Of a stretch of 64,000 nucleotides of DNA, positions 31,397 through 40,407 are shown piece by piece. Source of the stretch: an uncultured Phycisphaerales bacterium (GTDB lineage Bacteria > Planctomycetota > Phycisphaerae > Tepidisphaerales > Tepidisphaeraceae); contig CAVWVQ010000005.1 of the NCBI GenBank assembly GCA_963758525.1, positions 256,001 through 320,000 on the forward strand. The letters are read 5' to 3'. Positions within the stretch are counted from its first letter, which is position 1. Each line of letters opens with the position of its first letter. The position numbers and the translations under genes are program-made. The notes under the pieces are model-generated. The model had not been told where the DNA came from and searched no databases. It saw only the letters and a program-made list of their open reading frames with translations.

Positions 31397-32379
31397 CTAC
31401 TTTCCAAAATCCCTTCTCCATGCAGTTCCCGTCTTCTCCATTTCGCTCTCGGCGGCGGTCCTTCGCAGACGGTGGAGCATCGGCATCCCAAGGTTCCATT
31501 CCTGCATCCAGTCTCGCGCGAAAACGCCGCTCTCCGTTTCCGTGAGGATTCGGCGGATTTCCGCTTCGTTAATCACGCGGGGGCCGCGCGTGCGAACGGC
31601 AAATTCGCAGGTTCGGCTGCAGCCCTTGGTCAGGTATTCTTCGATGCCTTTTTCGTCCATCACGTCGATGACGCTGCGCAGGCTGCGAATGGCTTTGGCA
31701 TAGGCGAAGCTCGGGGGATAGCCATTTTCAACCATCACGTTGAAGCAGGCGCGCATGAGGTGAATGGCGCCGCCGTACAGAATCTGCTCTTCGAAATTGT
31801 CCCCCTCGGTTTCGTGCTGAAAGCTCATTTCGACAACGCCGGCGCGGGTGCTGCCGACCGCTTTGGAGATCGCCAGAACGATGTCTCTGGCATCGCCGGT
31901 GGCATCCTGATCGACGCTCACGCATCCGTAGACCCCTTCCCCTTTCTGGTATTTTGCACGCACAAATGCGCCGGGAGCGTTGGGAACGTACAGGACGACA
32001 TTGACATCCTTTGGCGGTTGGACCTGGCCATAAAGCACGCTGAAGCCATGACAGAAGCAGAGGGTCTGGCCGTGCGCAGGTGAGGGGCGATGTCACGCTT
32101 GTACACGGCCGGCTGCACCGGATCGGCCAGTTCGATCAGCAGCACGTCCGCCTTGAGCGTCGCGTCGGCGACGCTCATCACATCAAAGCCGTCAGCGGCG
32201 GCGTGATCATGACTGGGGGATTCGCTCGCCGGCCGCGTGCCGATGATGACCCTGCATCCGCTGTCCCGGCAATTCGCCGCCTGGGCCTTTCCCTGGATTC
32301 CATACCCGATGACGGCGAGGGTCTTGCCCTTCAGAATTGCTAAATCGACGTCGGCATCTCTGTAGATCTTTTCCATCAT
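31397..32379 (-). CDS. Divergent ketol-acid reductoisomerase (IlvC)-like NAD(P)-dependent enzyme, frameshift ~32072
   Basis: IYRDADVDL..LKGKTLAVIGYGIQG...RDSG, FCHGF, ETEGDNFEEQ..YGG, NGYPP..AY, ESGVFARDW; several KARI catalytic residues substituted (see findings). Confidence 0.85.
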
Positions 32380-32405
32380 TGCCCTGTGTCTGGTGAGAGA
32401 ATCGT

Positions 32406-33146
32406 TCAAAGTGAAATGTCGCGGTTCACGTTTTTGTAATAGATATACCGCGACGCGGTGGGGCCCGTCGCGTAGAAGGATTGAGGACAATACGGCCCCA
32501 TCCAGATGAAGTCATCCGCCTCGACCTCCAGCCAGCGATCGTCCAGGAAGTAGAGGCCTTTGCCCTGAAGAAAATAGAGACCGTGCTCCATCACGTGGGT
32601 TTCGACAATCGGCAGACCAAAACCGGGATCGAACGTGAAAATGTTGACCGCCAGATCGTAAGCCAGGTCATCGGGGATCAGCGTCTGCAACATCGAATGC
32701 GGATTGTCGGCCCACACTTCCTTGCTGATCTGCGACTCCTGCCCGAATACCGCCTTGAACAGCCCGACGCCGGGCGCCGATTCGTATCGCTTGCGAAGAA
32801 GCAGGAGGCTCAGAGCTTCGCCAGCGGTTATTTCGATGCCGCTTCCCGGTGGGATCAGTCCAAAGCTGCCGGGGGCAAGACCGCGGTCGGGCATCCGACC
32901 CGTGCCGCTGAGGACATAGAAAAACGTCTCGGTATCCGGGTCGGCGGCGAACGAGCCGCCTTTCCCCGCCGGCAGCTCGAACAGATATTGAACGAACGCG
33001 GCGCCCAGGGGGGGCGAGGCCAGCACTTTCACCGCCGCGTCCGGCCAGCCTGGCAGACGGGACACGGGAAAGCCCTCCAGCGGCATGAGCGCATATCTCG
33101 AGCAGACTCGCGTTCGGCAATGAACCAGATCCTGCACCGCTCGCAT
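32406..33146 (-). CDS. allE: (S)-ureidoglycine aminohydrolase (bicupin)
   Basis: GAAFVQY, ETHVMEHGLY.LQG.G.Y, DFIWM..YCPQ, RYIYYKNVNRD. Confidence 0.93.
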   Translation of the reverse strand: MRAVQDLVHCRTRVCSRYALMPLEGFPVSRLPGWPDAAVKVLASPPLGAAFVQYLFELPAGKGGSFAADPDTETFFYVLSGTGRMPDRGLAPGSFGLIPPGSGIEITAGEALSLLLLRKRYESAPGVGLFKAVFGQESQISKEVWADNPHSMLQTLIPDDLAYDLAVNIFTFDPGFGLPIVETHVMEHGLYFLQGKGLYFLDDRWLEVEADDFIWMGPYCPQSFYATGPTASRYIYYKNVNRDISL

Positions 33147-33161
33147 CGACTCCCTTTCTCG

Positions 33162-34873
33162 TCAGACAAATAAATCAACAAACTGAAACGCGTCGACATC
33201 GACCAATCCGCGATCCGTCAGTTTTAACGCCGGGATGACCTCAAGTGTCATAAAGCTCATGGCCATGAACGGATCCGCCAGCGGCGACCCCAGGTCGCGG
33301 GCGGCGTTGACCACGGCGGCATATCCCGCCGCGACTTCGGCGATCGGCCGGTCGCTCATCAGGCCGGCGATCGGCAGCGGCAGTATCGCAGCCACGTGCT
33401 CTCCGACCGCCACGGCCAATCCTCCTCCGACGTCTGCCACCGCCCGGGCGGCGCATTGCATTGACACGTCATCCGCGCCGATGACCACGAGATTGTGGTG
33501 ATCGTGCGCAAAACTTCCGGCGATAGCGCCGCGCCGCAGGCCAAATCCCTGGACGAATCCAGCCGAATTGTTGCCGGTGGCCCGGTGGCGCTCGATGACA
33601 ATCATCTTCAGCACATCCGCCGCGACGTCCGCGACAGCGTTGCCGGCAACGATTTTGGCGCGCATGACGCGCTGTTCGGTGAGCAATTGATCGGGAAGCG
33701 AACCGATCACCCGGATCCGCTCACCGGTTGCTGGCACGCTCCAGCGCACGCGTTCCCAGTCGACGCGACAACGGCCCCTGACGTGCGGACCTGGAACCGC
33801 CGGCCGCAATTGAGCGACGAGCTCCCCGGATTTCGCGACCAGCGCGCCTCGGCTGAACACCAGACGCGCCTGCACATTCTGCAAGTCATCGAAGACGAAC
33901 AGATCCGCGGCGCGGCCAGGCGCGACTGCGCCAGATGGCGAAGACCAAACAGTTCAGCCGTATTCAGCGTTCCCATTCGAATCGCATCGAGCGGATCGAT
34001 TCCGAAAGCGATCGCGCGGCGAACCATCTCGTCGACTGAGCCGACGGCGAGCAACTCATTGGGCGTGCGATCGTCGGTGCAGAAGCAGATGCGGCGGCTG
34101 TTGGATCGAGTCACCACCGGCAAGAGCGCCTCGAGATTGCGCGCGTTGGTCGCTTCGCGGATCATCAGGTAAAGCCCCCGGGCCAGCTTCTCGCGCGCTT
34201 CCTCGGCGCCCACCGATTCGTGATCGCTGCCGATGCCCGCGGCGATGTAGGCATTCAGCTGGTGGCCGGTCAGTCCGGGTCCATGCCCGTCGATCGGGCG
34301 GCCCTGCATGGCGGCGAGCTTTTCCCATACGTGAGCATCTCCGGCCAGGAGGCCTGGGACGTTCATCATTTCGGCCAAACCGTGTACGACCCCGCCGGTT
34401 CGAAAATCCCGGAGATGACTTGCGGTAATCTCTCCGCCGCTGCTGGCCAGTTCGGTGGCGGGCACGCAACTGGGCGCCATCAGCGTCACTCTCAGCGGCA
34501 ATTCAGCCGACGCCTCCGCCATGAATTGGACCCCGGCGGATCCCAGCACATTGGCGATCTCGTGCGGATCGGCAACGACGGCAGTGACGCCGCGGGGAAC
34601 CAGCGCCGCGGCAAATTGCGAGGGCACGCAGAGGCTGCTTTCGATATGCACATGAGCGTCGATCAAACCCGGCGCAACAAAGGAACCGCACAAGTCGATT
34701 TGGTGAACTCCCCGGTAGCCCTTCCCGACGCCCGCGATCACCCCATCGGCGATCGCAATGTCTGCCGATTCAATCTCGCCGTTGAAAACATTGATAATTC
34801 GTCCGCCAGTGAGGACCATGTCGGCGGGCACGTGGCCCAGAGCTGCAGCGATGTAGCGGGGGGGGTTAACCAT
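33162..34873 (-). CDS. ade: Adenine deaminase, frameshift ~33932
   Basis: DAHVHIESS, DPHEIANV.G, PSCVPAT, LAEMMN, DGH.P, SDHE, CTDDR; C-domain ERH..TG, AHDHHN, LPIAGLMS, PFM.MSF..L.VIP.LKLTD.GL. Confidence 0.95.
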
Positions 34874-34945
34874 CAAAATTACGTCGCCAGTTGGCTCAAG
34901 AGACAAGGATATAGCAGAGTTGCACGTGAGAGAAATGAGACGATC

Positions 34946-35776
34946 ATGAATATTGCTGTTTTGGGTTTGGGAATCATCGGTAGTTCGTGGGCGAGAAACC
35001 TGATCGCCGATGGGCATGCAGTACGGGGCTGGAACCGGACGCCAAAGGACTTTCCCCACTACCATGCGTCCATCCAGGAGGCCGCGGATCAGGCGGAGAT
35101 CATCTTCATCGTCGTGGCTGACCCGCCGGCGGTTCAGTCCGTCCTCAATCAGATCCAGTCCAAACTCGGCCCAGGCCAACTGGTCATCCAATCCAGCACC
35201 ATCTCCGCCCATTGGACGCATCTGTTTGCCGAGCAGGTGCAGCGATCGGGCGCGTCGTTTTTGGAGGCGCCGTTTACGGGGAGCAAAGACGCGGCGGCAC
35301 AGCGCAAGACGGTTTTTTACCTGGGCGGCTCCCCGGAAGTTGTCGATCGGGCACGCCCGGTTCTCCAACCCCTGTCGACCGCCATTCTGCACATCGGGCC
35401 ACTCGGGTCCGCGTCCTCGCTGAAGCTGGCCATGAACCTCAACGTGGCGGGGGTTGCCCAAACCCTGTGCGAAAGCATCATGTTGTGTCGCAAGGCCGGG
35501 ATTTCAGACGACATTTTTTTCAACGCACTGGCTCGCAATGTCGCGCACTCGGGTTTGGCAGACCTGAAGAAACCGAAGTTGCTCCAGCACGATTACAGTC
35601 CGCAGTTTTCGCTGAAGCACATGGACAAGGATCTGCGGCTGGCGCTGGAAACCGCCGCCGATCTCGGCCTGAGCCTTGAAAAAACCGCCCAACTGAAGAA
35701 CCTCTACGCGCAGGGAATGGCTGCGGGTTGGGGGGACGATGATTTCATCGGACTGGTGCGACTTCTGGAAAAATGA
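34946..35776 (+). CDS. NAD(P)-dependent beta-hydroxyacid dehydrogenase (GlxR/glyoxylate reductase-like)
   Basis: GLGIIG, WNRT, FLEAPFTGSK, LKLAMN, PQFSLKHMDKDLRLA. Confidence 0.88.
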   Translation: MNIAVLGLGIIGSSWARNLIADGHAVRGWNRTPKDFPHYHASIQEAADQAEIIFIVVADPPAVQSVLNQIQSKLGPGQLVIQSSTISAHWTHLFAEQVQRSGASFLEAPFTGSKDAAAQRKTVFYLGGSPEVVDRARPVLQPLSTAILHIGPLGSASSLKLAMNLNVAGVAQTLCESIMLCRKAGISDDIFFNALARNVAHSGLADLKKPKLLQHDYSPQFSLKHMDKDLRLALETAADLGLSLEKTAQLKNLYAQGMAAGWGDDDFIGLVRLLEK

Positions 35777-35831
35777 GCGGCGAATGCAAGCACGCGTGAA
35801 GTGCGCTGCCGGCCCAGTGATGCCAGAACTG

Positions 35832-36290
35832 TTACGGGCCATCCCGAATTTCGGGTTCGACCAGACGCGCCAGCTGCGAGAGCGACTCCTGCCAGCCGAG
35901 GTAGCAGAATTCGACCGGGATCACTGCCGGCAACCCGGCCTGCACGATTTCCAGCTCGGTCCCGCAAGCCACTGCCCGCAGGGTAATCGTTACCTGCATC
36001 TCGCCCGGCATCGCCGGGTCCTCGAAATGATCCGTGTATCGGATACGCTGATGTGGCGTGAGCTCCGTGTACGTGCCCCCGAACGAATGGCCCTTGCCCG
36101 TGCCGAAGTTCGTAAACGACATCCGGTATCGGCCGCCCACCCGTGCGTCCATCTGCTGGACCTTACCAGTGAAGCCGTGCGGAGGAAGCCACTTAACCAT
36201 CGCTTCGGCATCGAGGAACGCTCGATAGACGCGTTCCGCCGGGGCGCGGATCACCCGGTGAAGTCGAACGGTGTTTTCAGGCGAGGGCAT
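35832..36290 (-). CDS. SRPBCC/AHSA1 domain protein
   Basis: VRLHRVIRAPAERVYRAF, WLPPHGF, DARVGG.YRMSF, CYLGWQESL..LA.LVE. Confidence 0.9.
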   Translation of the reverse strand: MPSPENTVRLHRVIRAPAERVYRAFLDAEAMVKWLPPHGFTGKVQQMDARVGGRYRMSFTNFGTGKGHSFGGTYTELTPHQRIRYTDHFEDPAMPGEMQVTITLRAVACGTELEIVQAGLPAVIPVEFCYLGWQESLSQLARLVEPEIRDGP

Positions 36291-36696
36291 GGGAATAAAC
36301 CTCCGGTTGCAACCGGCTTGAATCTATTCGATCGCACGTCATTCGCCAAAGGTTAGCCAACGACGCGACGCGGCGCCCTCCCGGCGGCACCTGGCGGGGG
36401 ATTCTCCATTCGTTCATCCGGTTTCATGCGTCCCGCCGTGGCAGCCCCAAGGAGGCGTCAGTGGCGGGCCAAGGTAACTCTTACCCATCTTGCCAGCAGG
36501 GAGCGGCGCGAAATTGGAAAGACTTTTACGCAATCGTCTGTTTGGGGTAAATAGAGAACGATCTGCGAGGCGGGAGGGGCGCAGAGACTAATCAAACCCC
36601 GTCCTCCTGCCCAAAAAACGCGCGAAATCGGCAAAAAATGCATACTTTGGAATGGTTAAGTAAGGAAAAAATATCTCCCTTTTGCGGGGAATTGAC

Positions 36697-36724
36697 TTGC
36701 CACGACTTCGATCTCCACTACTAT
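36697..36724 (+). promoter_or_regulatory. Candidate sigma70-type promoter
   Basis: TTGCCA-N16-TACTAT preceded by an AT-rich tract (36640-36690), facing the polysaccharide cluster. Confidence 0.35.
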
Positions 36725-36764
36725 GCGTCCGACAATTTAGAAGGGCGCTTTGGTACTGGGTAGG

Positions 36765-37400
36765 TGAGCAACGGCGAAAGTCGTTGTATGAAGCGAGTTC
36801 AAACGGAATGCTGGCACCGTAGATTCGACTGCTGGCTTTGGTTTGAAACTTGCTTTCCAGATCGATAGCGCACACAGGGGCGAAGTTGCACTTCGTGCGG
36901 CTCCTGTACTGGTGAACGAGAGTATTTGTGCGATCGGGCCTCTGCGCTCGACTGTTGGATTCCTCGCGACGCTTTTTCGACTGTGGCGTTTGCGAAGAAT
37001 GTTCGCAAAGGCTCCCGAGGTGGAAGCCGTCAGCGAGTCCGGTCTGGGTCGAGTGATCCTCGGCTCCCAACGCAAGCGGGCGTGACGAACGCTGCTGCGG
37101 GTCAGACCGGGCGGTGCACCGACGGGGACGGAGTCTGCGCCAAAATCAAATCGAAAAGCCTTGTGCTTTGCTGGAAAACCAATCTTCTTCATAGTTCCCC
37201 GAGGTCGCGATCGTGTTTGACGGGATTGCTGATCTGTATGTCAATGTGTCAATTTCGGCGGCTCTTGCAACCATAGCAGAAAGGATGAAAACCTCATGCT
37301 CGGGGAGCTTTAGTGAGGTTTGCCGCCGTTCGGTCGCGAAAGCAACTGAAGCAGTCCCGCTTGCGTAGTCTTCGTGTTGAATGCGTCATTCAATACGCCT
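36765..37400 (+). ncRNA. Candidate structured leader/ncRNA of unknown class
   Basis: No credible ORF; at least seven stems visible by eye, two closed by GAAA tetraloops (36768-36787, 37329-37350). Confidence 0.35.
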
Positions 37401-37478
37401 GTTTTTAGTCGTGGAATGTCTGTGTCTGGCCGCGGCCTCATGCAGGCAATTCACATTCACACTTGGAAGGTGGTCTCT

Positions 37479-37799
37479 ATGATTTACCGTAAACTACTTG
37501 TAAGTGCAGTAGTTGTGGCAAGTCTAGCCAGCCTTGGGTTCGGTTTGCCCAAGGCCTCAGCGTGCGGAAGCACGTCGTACAACCCGTTCTGCTGTCATCG
37601 GTGGTGTCAGCCCGTTTGCTGCCCCCCGCCGGTTTGCTATTACCCGCCTCCGGTGGTGATCATTATCGTGATCTACCCACCGCCGTGCTGCCCGCCTCGT
37701 TCGCCATGCACCCCGTGCTGGTCCCCGTGCCATCCGTGCTTCGGATTCGGCGGGGGCTGGGGCGGTTGGGGCGGCTTCGGCGGCTGCCGATTCGGGTAA
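37479..37799 (+). CDS. Small secreted Cys/Pro-rich protein with Gly/aromatic tail (106 aa)
   Basis: AAGGTGG RBS-like, signal peptide ending ASA, mature part with 14 Cys, PPP triplets and FGFGGGWGGWGGFGG. Confidence 0.7.
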   Translation: MIYRKLLVSAVVVASLASLGFGLPKASACGSTSYNPFCCHRWCQPVCCPPPVCYYPPPVVIIIVIYPPPCCPPRSPCTPCWSPCHPCFGFGGGWGGWGGFGGCRFG

Positions 37800-38122
37800 T
37801 TTCCGTGTTCAGTTCCTGACGCAGTGTTGCTCTGCAACACGCGGCAAGTGTCGATCTGCAGTAGTCGGAAGTCTCTCCCCGCGTCTGACGCCACGTTCGG
37901 AGGGAGATGCGCCGTATCCTGAGGTTGCAATGATCTCGCGCGCCGGCCCCACTTCAGACGACATCGCTACTGAATGCAATTCGTCTTATTCGGCACGGGG
38001 GGAACTGTTCGGACGATCTCCGACTCAGTTCCCTCCGTGTTCGGACGAACGCTTCCCTTCATCGCTTGACTATCTGAACGCGCCGCAAACACGCGGTCGT
38101 TCGCCCAATCGGAATCCAAGTC

Positions 38123-40369
38123 ATGCTTTCAAAAATATCTGATTTGCGTGTAGAACGAGTCGAAGTCCCGGCGGCGGAAAGTGCCGCCTCTCACCACCGC
38201 GCACTGCTTCCCGTGCTGTGGCGCAGACGCTGGACGCTGCTTTTGGCTGTTGTCATTTGCCTGGCCATCGCGGGGCTGTATCTGCTGAAGGCGACGAGAA
38301 TCTATACCGCCCACTCCACGATCTATCTCGAGCGCCAGGGTGTTCGCATCATGAGCGACTCGCAGGCATTTGAAGCGAAGAGCGACTCATTTCTTTACAC
38401 CCAGGCCGATGTCTTCAAGGCTGAGCCCATTCTCAATGCGGCCCTGCAAGCCGTTGACTACAAACACATGAAGACGTTTGCAGGCATCGACAATGTCATT
38501 GCGTGGCTGCAATTGGACAAGGATTTTCACGTCGAAGTCGGCAAGAAAGAGGACATTGTCACCGTCTCCATGGATTCGCCGTATCCCGAGGAGGCAGCAC
38601 AGTTCGTCAACGCGGTCGTCGATTCTTATGTCACGTACCAGAGCAAACAAAAGCGAACCACTGCGGCGGAGATGCTGAAAATCCTTCAGAAGGAGAAGAA
38701 CGAGCGAGATCAGGAGCTCGATCAGCGACTCAAGGACATGCTTGACTTCAAGAAGGCCAACGGCGCTTTGTCGTTCCAGGACAATGACAAGGGCAACATC
38801 ATTCTCGAGCGTCTGGCGACGCTGTCAAACACCTTGACCGCCGCGGAATTGATCACGCTCGATCTCTCCACACAGAAAAAGCAAGCCCAGGCGATCCTCG
38901 CCGATCCCGAGATGGTCAAGGCGTACATCGAATCGCAACAGACCAAGGAGCAAAACGGCGATAAGGAGCTTCAGGGACTGCGCGATCAGGCACAGCAATT
39001 AAATGTTTTGCTGGCGACCACGGATCAGGTCATGGGCGCCAGGTCGCAACGTCGACAGATTTATGCCGCCGACATGAAGATGGTCCAGGCGCAGATCGCT
39101 GCCAAAGAGAGGCGGTTGGTGGAAGCGCACCTGCTCGAAGTATCGCAGGAGCTGGCCGCCGCGCAGGAGAAGGAGAAACAGTTGCGTCTGGCGTTTGCCG
39201 ACCAGCAGAAGGAGGCCCTGGATCTAAATGCAAAAGCGGCGGAATATCAGCGGCTGGACGCGGACGTGGATCGCACGCAGAAGCAGTGCGACTTGCTGGA
39301 CAGCAGAATCAAGGAAGTGAACGTCAATAGCGAGGATGCCGGCGCGCTCAACATTCAGGTTCTTGAGGCGGCCCGCACGGAGGACAAGCCGACGAAGCCG
39401 CGAGTCTCGATGACGCTGAGCGTCGCCATGCTTCTTGGCATGCTGCTGGGAACTGCCATGGCCCTGGTGTTGGATTGGCTGGATCAAACCCTCCGCAGTT
39501 CTGAAGACGTCTCCATGGCATTGGGTGTTCCGATGCTCGGATTGGTGCCGCACATGCGAGGGAAGCTGTCGCAAGCTGAGCGCGGCCAGGTCATCCACCA
39601 GAATAACAGCAGCGATGTCGCCGAGGCGTATCGCACCATCCGCACGGCCTTGCACTATGGAACGAGCAAGAACGTGAAAACGATCTTGCTCACCTCGCCG
39701 GCGCCGTCGGACGGCAAATCCACCTCCGCCAGCAACCTTGCCATTGCACTGGCGCAAACAGGGCATCGCACGCTGCTGCTGGACTCAGATCTCCGCAAGC
39801 CGGTGCAACACAAGATCTATAACCTTCATGACAAGGCCGGCATAAGCGATGTGCTCGGCGGGACGGCAAAGCTGCGCGACGTGATTTATCCATCGGGCAT
39901 CGCTCGCCTCTCGATCCTGCCGGTCGGGTCAATTCCGCGGAATCCATCGGAAATGATGACGAGCAATCGCTTCGCGCAGGTAATGGAATCGTTGATTGAG
40001 GGCTTCGATCGCATCGTGATCGACACGCCTCCGGTGATGAGCGTCGCGGATGCACGCATTCTCGCTTCGGCTGCGGACGCTTCGATCCTGGTCGTGCGCT
40101 GCAACAAGTCGAAACGCAAACTGAGCATGATGGCCTTGGAAGGATTGCAAAGCGTGGGGGCCAAGGTTGTCGGCGTGATCGTGAACGACATCCCTCGCGG
40201 CAGCCGCGAGTACGGGTACGGAAAATACGGCACGTATGGGGTATACGGTGCAAGCACCGGCCGCAACGAACAGCGGAAGCTGAGCATTCCTGTCGCCGCT
40301 TCCTCGCCGGAGCACGGGCCTGGCGCTGATCCGAGCGAACTGCCGGCCGATTCAATCGTTCTTCAGTAA
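38123..40369 (+). CDS. wzc: Polysaccharide co-polymerase/BY tyrosine kinase (Wzc/GumC)
   Basis: LWRRRW + TM, coiled coil, second TM, AEAYRTIRT, Walker A SPAPSDGKST, DSDLRKP, IDTPP, Tyr cluster EYGYGKYGTYGVYG. Confidence 0.93.
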   Translation: MLSKISDLRVERVEVPAAESAASHHRALLPVLWRRRWTLLLAVVICLAIAGLYLLKATRIYTAHSTIYLERQGVRIMSDSQAFEAKSDSFLYTQADVFKAEPILNAALQAVDYKHMKTFAGIDNVIAWLQLDKDFHVEVGKKEDIVTVSMDSPYPEEAAQFVNAVVDSYVTYQSKQKRTTAAEMLKILQKEKNERDQELDQRLKDMLDFKKANGALSFQDNDKGNIILERLATLSNTLTAAELITLDLSTQKKQAQAILADPEMVKAYIESQQTKEQNGDKELQGLRDQAQQLNVLLATTDQVMGARSQRRQIYAADMKMVQAQIAAKERRLVEAHLLEVSQELAAAQEKEKQLRLAFADQQKEALDLNAKAAEYQRLDADVDRTQKQCDLLDSRIKEVNVNSEDAGALNIQVLEAARTEDKPTKPRVSMTLSVAMLLGMLLGTAMALVLDWLDQTLRSSEDVSMALGVPMLGLVPHMRGKLSQAERGQVIHQNNSSDVAEAYRTIRTALHYGTSKNVKTILLTSPAPSDGKSTSASNLAIALAQTGHRTLLLDSDLRKPVQHKIYNLHDKAGISDVLGGTAKLRDVIYPSGIARLSILPVGSIPRNPSEMMTSNRFAQVMESLIEGFDRIVIDTPPVMSVADARILASAADASILVVRCNKSKRKLSMMALEGLQSVGAKVVGVIVNDIPRGSREYGYGKYGTYGVYGASTGRNEQRKLSIPVAASSPEHGPGADPSELPADSIVLQ

Positions 40370-40407
40370 TTGGTTGATCGCTCAGGCATCTTTTCGTGCG
40401 TGAATCT

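Noticed and set aside
30232..31545. Long antisense ORFs (e.g. 30232..31545 +, 2294..3331 +, 27360..28352 +, 41965..42963 -)
   Set aside because: Shadow ORFs opposite well-supported genes, expected from high-GC codon bias; no motifs.
31397..32379. Calling the gene a canonical ilvC
   Set aside because: Catalytic Lys and two acidic ligands are substituted and the context is purine catabolism; gene symbol withheld.
33707..35461. 584-aa ORF suggesting an N-terminally extended adenine deaminase
   Set aside because: The extension overlaps the divergent dehydrogenase; ade homology starts at 34873. The 34220 start of the plus ORF is likewise spurious.
36860..37030. c-di-GMP-I riboswitch resemblance (GCACAcAGGG..., GCAAAG)
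   Set aside because: The GGCAAA/GNRA/receptor arrangement is not in the right order or spacing; kept only as unclassified structure.
36800..37240. tmRNA-like words (GATTCGAC at ~36822, TTTGACGGGATT at ~37216)
   Set aside because: No GGGG 5' acceptor stem, T-arm/CCA 3' end or tag reading frame found.
37479..37799. Cys-rich peptide as a RiPP precursor
   Set aside because: It has a Sec-type signal peptide, and no radical SAM, YcaO, LanM or peptidase-transporter gene is nearby.
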